In this document: in pieces, positions 55,043 through 64,000 of the stretch
Layout of the letters: every line of letters begins with the position of its first letter
Numbering within the stretch: the stretch's first letter is position 1
Origin: Gonapodya sp. JEL0774
Lineage: Eukaryota
NCBI GenBank assembly: GCA_027604505.1
Contig: JADIIX010000012.1
Span: 186,001 to 250,000, forward strand
Direction of reading: 5' to 3'
Length of the DNA: 64,000 nt
The notes under the pieces: model-generated
What the model was told of the DNA's origin: nothing
The model's input: only the letters and a program-made list of their open reading frames with translations
Database searches by the model: none
Translations under genes and position numbers: made by a program

Positions 55043-57505
55043 ATGGATTCCCGACCCCCTCTTGCTCCCCCACGCCCGTCTCGTTCTTCCCCTTTTGAAG
55101 CACCCAAGCCTCGGCGTGCACACCCCGCTTACCACCGACGTCTTCCACCTCCGATAGCCCCAGTACCGACATGGCACTCCTATCAGACTGACCCATTTCT
55201 ATATTCGCTCTCCCCGCGCCCCCGTTCTCAGTCTCCTTCTGCGCGGTATGCACCTTACCCCGCTTATCCCTCCGCTTCGAGTCCCGGCCCCACTCCGATT
55301 CCAGCTCCCTCTACGCTCGCAGCTGAGACAGACTGGTTTCAACGCTCCAGCAATTCGGCCTCACCCTCCGGCTCCCAATCAGCTGGATCCGACTCGGCCA
55401 TCGCCATCTGCTTTGGTGGGTGGTACGATGCGACTCCATTGGGCTTGGGAGCCACCGAGGGGAAACAAAATGACTTGAGGAGTGTGAATCGAGATCGAGA
55501 GAATGATTTGGTGAGGGAAGCCGAGAGAAAAGCGGGGAGATCGACGGCGGAAGCAGTATCATCAGAGAGATCGGCACGAGCAGGTAGCCTCCACTGCATG
55601 GCATGCGGGAGATCTACAACTTTTCGTGTAAGTAGTGAGCAAAAGACCCTGTGAAAGGTCGTTCCCATTTTGGTGCCCAAGACATATTGGAGAGCTCGGG
55701 ACAGAAAGACGTCACTGATATCACGCTGGATCACCTGTACTGCACACGTCTGGTGCATGACGCCAATGAAACAACATGGCATAGATCTCAGACCACAACG
55801 TGAAGCACGTGCCGCATTTATGCGCTGCGTTTCGAAGCAGCCAGTCCCACCTCCCAAAAATATTCTCCACTCCAACACTCTACTCACATCTGCCTCCCCC
55901 CTTTCATACTACCACACATCTCGTTTACAGTGGCGCCCCTCCCTGTACCCTGGTCAACGTCTTTGCAGCAAATGCTACCGCAACACCACATCGACCCGAA
56001 ACACGACCGGAGTCGAGCAAGGGAAGGCCGTTCCGGCAGAAAGAGGGAGAAATTTTCCAAGAACCTCGCGACCAGCTGATGGAGGTGGAGGATCACAACG
56101 TGACGTTGAGATGACAAGATCGCGCTCAGCGTTGGAGTTCTCGGACTCTGGGAGTGGGTTTGGCGGTACTAGCGGAGCTACTGTACCCCCAAGTACTCAG
56201 AACATGGTACGTTACATGGTGCGGTGGGGATGGGTAGTGGTTGTCAGTTCCGTGTTCAACCCAACCGTTCTTGATCACCTGCACCGGCACTGTACTTTGT
56301 ACCCAGCCCCTCACTTCTCACAGCCATCACCCCTCTTTTGATCGTTTGTCTAGTTCCCAACCACTGGGACTGGTACCCGCTGCTGCGGAACAGGCAATAG
56401 AGACTGGGGAACGTAGTCGGGGCAGCCTGGATGTGGATCAGGGTCGGAACATCACCGAGAGGGAAGATAGATTCAAAAGTAAGGTGGGTGACGACCCTTT
56501 GTCTTCAGAGATCGGGTGGGGGGAGTCATTTGAAAGGAGCGGATTGAAATACCCCATTGAGGGTAGGGTGGGGAGAAGGACACACAAACAATCGCATACG
56601 GAGAGCAATGCCACGTCTTATTGATGAGTGTCTTACTCGGTTTGCTCGGTGGTTTGTCTGATGGAGTGGTGGGGGACAGACGATTTCTCAGATATATCAT
56701 CAAAGCCTACAGAGAGCTAAATATTGTGAGCTTGTTCTCCTCCCAGCTCAGTGCATGGTGTATAGCAAATGTTGCAAGAGAATTGTCGAACAAGGGGGAT
56801 TGGCTTGCCGCAATCACGACTGATTCGGTGGACGTGGCGTTGCAGGTGTTGTGGAACTCTGTTCAGACATGATAGAGCCCGCCATGGACGAACTTGACAC
56901 TCTAGTGACCCATAAGGCTCCATGTATTGTTTGCATCTCTGAGAAGTTGGACTCTAGTGATGATGGCAACGGATCGATCGATAATCTACGGGAATGAGGG
57001 GATATTCACTACACGATCTGAGGCAATGACATCACAGGAAATACGCGCTGTTTGTTCTGTTTTCTCAGTAGCGCTCTTTCCCTTGTTTACTCTCCAGGTC
57101 CTGCCCCAAAAACATGCCTCCCTCCCCGGATCCGAATCCCCCACGCCAACTCCTGTGTCCACACCAGAGCTGGAGAGAGGACTCCAAGATAAACACCAAG
57201 GCAATCGCGAACACGAAGGTGGTCCTGGAACTGAGCTTGCTCCTCTTTCGCAGTCGTGCTCCGACCAACCCATCACGCTGCCTCTCATTCTCGAGCGCCT
57301 TCTGGAGCTCGGTGTGCTCACATACCACCCCGAGCACCGTTCCGCGTCGCTGCTCTCGACTCCCGGACTGCAGGCTGGGGTTGAGGAGAAACTCGAGGAT
57401 GGTGTTAGCGGTGAAGGTGGCAACAAAGCTGAAATTGAGATGAAGGATCTTGAGGAGAGAGTGAGAGTAGCTGAGGAGAGAGTGAGAGGAAAGGTGGAGA
57501 GGTAG
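55043..57505 (+). CDS. Divergent GATA-type (Cx2Cx18Cx2C) zinc-finger protein
   Basis: Splicing the intron at 55628-55930 gives CMACGRSTTFRWRPSLYPGQRLCSKC. Otherwise low complexity; the 3' exon structure is tentative. Confidence 0.55.
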
Positions 57506-57942
57506 TGTTGGGGACTAATCGGAGGTGTTGCCTTCAAGAGGATGCGGGTGAGACGTTGCTGAAGAGCGAGAATCGGGAAAGACTTGCTAGAGTAATAGTC
57601 AAGGACGGAGAATAATGAAAAAGCGAGGATCGTCTCCGTGGGGGCTCGGCAGTTGGAAGGGCAACTCAGCATCACTGGAGAAGATCGGTCGCTAGAGCGA
57701 ACGAAGAGACGGGTCGAGGCACCCCCAACCATGGACGGGGTTGAAAAGTATAATTTTGTCGATTTTCATTGCATAACTTCATTATAGAAAAGTCAAGGTG
57801 ACTCCGATCGTCTGTTGAGTTTGGATTCCACTTTCCTGTCAGAGCCCAGTTCAACAATTTTGCTGAACTCACCTCCACTCCTTCAACCGATCCACCATCG
57901 ACACTTCACCGCGCTCACCATTCACTATTAGATCCTGCCATC

Positions 57943-60242
57943 ATGCCCCATTCCGTGCCCGGGGAGAGGCCCGGATCGCCCGCAGAAGAACTTTCGATGT
58001 CTCCGGACGCCATAGCCGAGCTCGATCGACAGCTAGAGAACGAGATGGTCGATGGAGAGGAGGAAACAGGGACGAAAGAAGATGGACAGACAAATGGAGG
58101 GGGCTCATTGGTTGCGGCAAAGGCAGGACCAGATGGTGGAGGTGCGAAGGTTACGGAGAGCGGACATGTTGAGGCAGACAAGGACAAGTCGGCGGAAACA
58201 GAGGCCGAGCAAACGGTACTGGTGATGAAAAATCATTCAAAGGATGGAGAAGACAAGGAGGAAGCGGCTGGATCGTCCGCGAAGGACGACTCCAAGAAGA
58301 ATGGTCCGTTACCCAACTTCTCCGAAACACACCATGGGTCCAGACGCTGCACGTTCTGCGGCGCCACCTCTACACCAATGGTGAGGTGAAGCTTTTGAAA
58401 GAGTTGTGGACTCCAATACAGCGCTATCTAATTCCTATTGGATCGTGTTGCTTTGCTCTGTACTGGGATCTGAACTTCAATTCATGAATATCATGCTGCA
58501 ACAAACTTTATCGTTGCCGTTTTACCTGTTGATAGTGGCGATACGGGCCATTGGAGTTTACTGTGTTGTGCAACTCATGTGGGATGAAGTGAGTACCTTC
58601 GATCTCCAAATCCTCAATTAACTTCTCTGACCGACTCACAAACAACTCCTTTATGAAACACGTACTTTATGAAACATCTGAAACATCTTATCTGTTAATA
58701 TCCTTCAAAATTTTCCGGTATTTGCCGGCACAGATGGATGCGTGGACACATCCTCCAGCGTTATCCACACAAAACATACCGTCGAGACGTGAAGAAGCCT
58801 GCCACCTCCACCGAGACATCGGCACCTTTGGAAAGCAAAGCAAGTAACTTGAGATCGACCTCAGCTACCGTTGAGGCCGGATCAAGGAAGCGAGGAAGGG
58901 ACGAACTGGATCACAATTTGGAGGAGGCGGAAACGCGAGCCAACAAGGTAGCCAAGAAAGATTTGGAAGGAGTTGAAAGGGCGCCGACGTTCCCCATGCA
59001 GAAAGAGAGCAAAGATATCGAACGGGAGAAGGAGTCCAAGAAGGATGGGGACAGAAACCCCACATCATCCAGCAGAGCCGTCAACGGATCAAAAGCTGTT
59101 TCCCCTCCACCTGAAGAAGGGAGATCGCGACGGCAGCTGAAGACAGAGAACGCCCGGCGATCATCCGATGCTGGTGGAGTGGAGAAGGCGGTCGTAAAAT
59201 CAAAGGATGCCCTTAGGAAGGAGATCCCACCCCCGTTTCCTCTACCTCAGTCACAAAATCGAAATGTTAGAGTTCGGAGTCTCATGGGGGAAGGAAGAAT
59301 GGAAAAAACTCGGGAAGACGAGAAAGTAGACGGGAAGGGGAGCAGGATTGGCGCTGCTGAGAGAGAAAAGGACGAAGGAGAGTCGGGCAAGAAGGTTCGA
59401 AAAGTTGCGTGACGACGGGTGGTATGCATATCTGACATCTCGTGTTGTGTTGTCTTCACGTTTGTTTCAAGTCTTCTCGGCGTAGTCACCCTTCGACGGA
59501 AGTCCAACATGCAATACCCTCATCTGAGGGCTCTGCAAAGCCATCGTCTTCCCGTATAGTGCCAATTGACAAATCGCCCAATAAACTGGATGGGAATGTG
59601 AGTGCCCTTTCGCCCATGTAAAGATCCTGTGTAAGCTGATCGTTAACCGGACGAATTCACATGCAGCCCACTCCCACATTATTGCAGCCACTTCCGCCAC
59701 CAGCACCTCGTCCACGAAATAAAGGAACTCAAACGATCCAAACTGCAACCTTGGTGCCCATATCTCCATCACCTGGCCTTCCGAAAGGTGTCACTCTCGA
59801 GCACATCTTCTCCTGTCTCTTTCATTCGGGCGTGTTCTCGTATACGCCGTTGCCTGTACCAACTGTGCCGAAGCTCGTTCCACGCAGTCTGACCTCTCAC
59901 CTGCCTTTAAGCGATATCGCGAGGACGGAACGAATCGCACAAATCGAGGAACGTATGAAAGCGATCGAAGAATGGATTGCCCAGATGGAGAAGCGGGCTG
60001 AGGCTCGAATTGTGGACAAAACCATGACCGATGTTGTTTTCGCGGAACCAAGAAAACCGCCTTGTAAAGTACTACCCTCTCTGCAGGAATCAAAAAACTT
60101 GGTAGACGCAGACTTGGACCGCAAGATGTATGATTGCGATAGAGGTGATAGCGTGCCGGTTGGTGAAGGCGTGGTGGGGCAAGTGTTGGACGTAAAAGTA
60201 TGTTTGGGGTCGCCCGATACACCCATGTTGGAGGCTGCATAG
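57943..60242 (+). CDS. GATA zinc-finger transcription factor
   Basis: Spliced [33 protein letters not shown]. The final exon (59667-60242) is joined through a putative phase-0 intron from ~59394; alternatively the gene stops at 59412. Confidence 0.75.
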
Positions 60243-60771
60243 TTATTAATGTCTTTTCGAGCATTTTATATACTTTATTGCGTTCGGTGAAGCGTTTATA
60301 TGGCGAATGAACAGACTGTGTACTATGGTGGTCCTTTCGGCTGAACAACACTGGATACGAGGGACGAAATGGCCTCCACTACGAGCTCGGGTTCCATCCG
60401 GTTCAGGTTCGTATGAAAATCTGAATATGCTTCTTACCATCTTTACCGTGAGAGAAGCTGGAGCTTCAGCTGTGCTGATCACCTGTGGTTCAGGGCCGCC
60501 GTACAAGCCTGAGTAAAATGCACCGGACGAACAATCATACTGTACAGGGATCATGGCTGCAGGCTGGAGATGTATCTCAGACTCGTTGAGGGCGGCGGCA
60601 ATCGCGTGTCAGAATCACAAAGGATTTCCTTGAGTCGTCTTTGGCGACACGCATTTTCAGGTTAAGGGAGTCTCGCGGAATTATTCATTTGGCAAAACAG
60701 AGCAGCAATTGCATGCCTCCAAGAGTTCAACGTACCTTTGCGGTTGCTTGCAAATGACCCTTCTCCCACAG

Positions 60772-62425
60772 TATCATATCTCGCCTTTCAGATGGACTGC
60801 CACTCACCGCATCAATGGATGCGGAGAAAGTAAGGGCATTCTGTTTCGTTCCGGTAAACATGGGTGATTGTAGCAATGAGCTTCGCGATCTTTACAAGGA
60901 CGAACTACAGATTGTCCAGCTCAAGAAGCTCTCAAAATCACTTGTACGGAAGATTGCTCTGGCAGCAACGAATTCCGCAGAAGCCAATGGCTCTATGCAT
61001 GGATCTTCTGTTCCTCCCGACATATGTTCCATCACCGCCGGAGAGTTCGTGTACCACTACTTCTGCACCCCGTTCTTTGACTTGTCAAGCGTGGAACCTT
61101 CCTACAACTCCCAAACTTACTCAACTTCCTCCTCGACATCTGCACTTTGCTATCTCGTTATTTGTGAACGAACTTACCCACGACTCCTTGCGTTTTCGTA
61201 CCTGCTGGAATTGGAGGGTGGATTCAATGAACAGGTTACTGAGATTGAAGTACTGACAGCGGTGCGACCTTACGCATTCATCAGATTTGGTTCGTATGTG
61301 GTAGAGTTATCGCTGTTCGGGGTCTTGAACTCAACGCCGATGTGACCTTTCTATATAGAAAATTTCATCCAAACAACCAAACGTCGATATCTTAACACCC
61401 GCTCTCTCCGAACTCAAGAAAACATCGCCTCCCTTAATTCTCGACTTCCCTCTGTGCCAACTCTTCGGGCAATTGATGTCTTCGGATCAGACTACATTCC
61501 TCCCTCCTCCAATGGTGGAGGTGGCACCATAATAGATTCGATCCAAGGGGCCTTGTCTTCCGGTGGTTTGAATGAAATTGGGCGTAAACTTGGCGAAGCT
61601 GGTGACGCTGTGAACGCAAATCTTGCAGCTGCTGTCGGTGGTGCCGTGGGTGGTGGTGCCGGTGTAACTGCTTATGAACCTCCGTTGCTGCTTGCATCAC
61701 ATTCAATGTGGTTGCGCACTATAATGGTGCTACTTGGAGTATCAGTGTGGTTTGTGGATCTGGTTTATGGTGGCCGAATGGTCATGGAAAGTGTAATGCG
61801 AGGGGGTGAAGGACCAGCTGTTCCTACGTTGCTGAAATGGTCAACGGTTCTGCTGTGGTTTATGTGCGCTCTCCCATTGTTTCAGGTGGGCTTTGCGACA
61901 CAAAGGCGCTTCTCTTCGGAGGTCTAGAGAAGTAACACCTCGCTCTTCCAGAGCATCCACCTCATCCAGCCATCATTCCTCCACCGAGGAGTTCTAAACT
62001 TGGTTTTGCCAACGCGTTTGCGTCTCCTGTTGCATACGGCGCTTTCTTCCCTGCAGTTGTTTGCCTATTTCACTACGCCCGGAGGTTCTCTTCAATGGAC
62101 TGACTCATCCTCGTTGGCGGTAGAAAACAACGACGTGATTCCAAATTCTTCTGACGCCATGAAAGATTCCGTGACCCAACACACATTGGAGCTATCATGG
62201 TGGCTCCTGGGGTGCAAGGTTATATTCTGCGCCTTGACGTTTGCAGCGGTTTTGACAAATTCACGTTATCGGCCTGGGGCTCCAAAGCATGCCACTCAAG
62301 GGGACGGTATTTTGGGAAATGAGCGTACAACTGGCGCACCCAAGGGTGGACGAAAGGACAGCAATGGGACTCCGCAAGGGTGGCTGCGGGGTGCCATGGG
62401 AAAGGCCCGAGGTCACAAAGACTAG
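60772..62425 (+). CDS. Sec22-like longin-domain membrane protein without SNARE motif; true start lies slightly upstream and is unresolved
   Basis: IISRLSDGLPLTASMD...CYLVICERTYPRLLAFSYLLELEGGF...VRPYAFIRFENFIQTTKRRYLNTRS (Sec22 longin), followed by about four hydrophobic segments. Confidence 0.75.
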
Positions 62426-62443
62426 AACTACTCAGTTCATACA

Positions 62444-64000
62444 TCATGAATTCAATGTTTGAATGACTAAGGTTAGTTCCCTCATCTCATAAGTAGCTCC
62501 TGACCTCACAGGGGAAGCTCGACGAAGAGGGGGAGTACGTTCACACGTTTTCCTTTGTCCCTTGAGTGAAAGTGAGAACATGCCGGCCGGAGCACCACCC
62601 CTCCACACGGCTGGATTAACACTCTCAGCTGCTGGAGTCCCCGGGAATCGACCTTGCATTGATTTGAAAGGTGCTCCGACGGGCGACAGGAAAGTATCCC
62701 CGGGGTTTAAGACTGGTGTGCTGGAAGATTCCACAGCTGAAGCTCTAGCAAGAGCAAGCGGTGACAAACCTTTCGTCCTTGAAGTTGGCATTGTCTCCAA
62801 TTCCATCACGACTGAAACCAAGTTAGCTATTGTGTTTGATTCGATGCTCGAGCAGAGGTTTTCGAGATTAGCATTTGCTTCGGGGTTCTTCGAGTTGCTG
62901 TTGCAGTGAATAGGTGCCTCATGTGCCGAGTCATCGCAAGTAGGTCTGACAGTTTCGCCTGATGACAGAAAGGGTGCAGAGCCTCTGGCTGACAACAGCG
63001 GAACAGAGGGATGGCCTCTTAATGACACACGTTGCTGGACCTGTTGCAGGTGGGCGATACTCGAACAAGTATCCATTTTGCGAGAGTGGAGGCCAGGATT
63101 CCGCACGGTTTGCGGTTGTGCTGACGATGTTCCTGTCCATTTTGGATGTGCACAATCAGGTCGAACACCACCGTCGATCCTAGACGTGTCTGCTTCTGAT
63201 CGCGTCACCAACGATAGGGGATCACATGGAAGGTTTCCGTCTGAGCAGCAATCTGAAGCTGCTATTCGCAACGAAGCATCCCCCTCAAAATAAGATCCAA
63301 CTCGTGCTCGGGAAGCCCGGGGGTTATGTGGAGAGTGCAAGGGGATCTCGATTGGAACACTTATTGTTGGATCCTTCATTAATCCTGGTCGGTCAACAAG
63401 GTTAGCGACTGACTCGATCGCTTGTGTTTGATTCAGCAGACTTGAAGGAACGACCTGATTATTCCGATCATAATGAACAAAGACGTGCAGCACAGCAGAT
63501 TTTGAGGCAGGCGAATTAATCATGTTAACCAATTTCGAGTCAGGGTCCAACAGACGTGGGGCAACAAATGGCAGGATTGTCTCCTTGAGGTCTCCGTTGC
63601 CGGTACCTCCTGGGATAGCATCTGGAGGCTGAACTGGTTGACGTTCATTCCTGCCCTCCTCGATTGGAATCGATGTAGAAGATACAATAGAGCGTGTCTC
63701 GTCTATAACTGCAAAATGTTCAGCAATTGATTGATCACGGATATCCATTTCACTCAAAAACATACTCTCCGTTGAATGGACACCCGTATTCTCCACAGAA
63801 TTCGCAAAACGATGGGATGCTCTTGTTTTAGTTTGATTGCGATAAGTTTCACTCTGAGTAGCAATATGGCGTTGATCACGCCCTTCATTCGATTGTTCTG
63901 ATTTCTTTCGATTCTTCTTCGATTTTAAACACTCATCGGTTACTTCACTTTCCAGAACTTCTCCGATCAGCTGCTCGGTCTCTTCTCCGATTTCCACGGT
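62444..64000 (-). CDS. Uncharacterised low-complexity protein, 3' exon (5' part outside window)
   Basis: Uninterrupted ORF of more than 510 codons, Ser/Pro/Glu-rich; no domain recognised. Confidence 0.55.
   Translation of the reverse strand, partial: TVEIGEETEQLIGEVLESEVTDECLKSKKNRKKSEQSNEGRDQRHIATQSETYRNQTKTRASHRFANSVENTGVHSTESMFLSEMDIRDQSIAEHFAVIDETRSIVSSTSIPIEEGRNERQPVQPPDAIPGGTGNGDLKETILPFVAPRLLDPDSKLVNMINSPASKSAVLHVFVHYDRNNQVVPSSLLNQTQAIESVANLVDRPGLMKDPTISVPIEIPLHSPHNPRASRARVGSYFEGDASLRIAASDCCSDGNLPCDPLSLVTRSEADTSRIDGGVRPDCAHPKWTGTSSAQPQTVRNPGLHSRKMDTCSSIAHLQQVQQRVSLRGHPSVPLLSARGSAPFLSSGETVRPTCDDSAHEAPIHCNSNSKNPEANANLENLCSSIESNTIANLVSVVMELETMPTSRTKGLSPLALARASAVESSSTPVLNPGDTFLSPVGAPFKSMQGRFPGTPAAESVNPAVWRGGAPAGMFSLSLKGQRKTCERTPPLRRASPVRSGATYEMRELTLVIQTLNS

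Overview
Gene-dense, intron-rich eukaryotic DNA with short GT-AG introns and very short intergenic spacers. It is most consistent with a zoosporic (chytrid-grade) fungus, inferred from fungal-type genes plus a ciliary CFAP418/C8orf37 homolog. By manual splicing I can support about 23 protein-coding genes: a Na+/K+-type P-ATPase (partial), a UBL membrane protein, a CYS-3/MetR-like bZIP, a GPI fasciclin, BRO1, an SH3-DH-PH-PX RhoGEF, CFAP418, RPC2, a P5B ATPase, a PTAR1-like protein, a ZZ/EF-hand protein, a RING-CH ligase, GPAT/DHAPAT, a riboflavin synthase-DHBP synthase fusion, an oxygenase alpha subunit, the mitochondrial phosphate carrier, an ABHD17-like hydrolase, an ICL/PEP-mutase family lyase, a Snf2/Sth1 remodeller, two GATA-finger genes, a SNARE-less Sec22-like longin protein and a partial unknown. 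No rRNA, tRNA, CRISPR or transposon was recognised. The most notable locus is 40.6-44.4 kb: an in-frame Rib5-Rib3 fusion lying head-to-head (155 bp between ATGs) with an intact ring-hydroxylating oxygenase that keeps its mononuclear Fe ligands but has lost the Rieske [2Fe-2S] motif. Gene spans include introns; exon boundaries and family assignments come from reading by eye, not from database searches.
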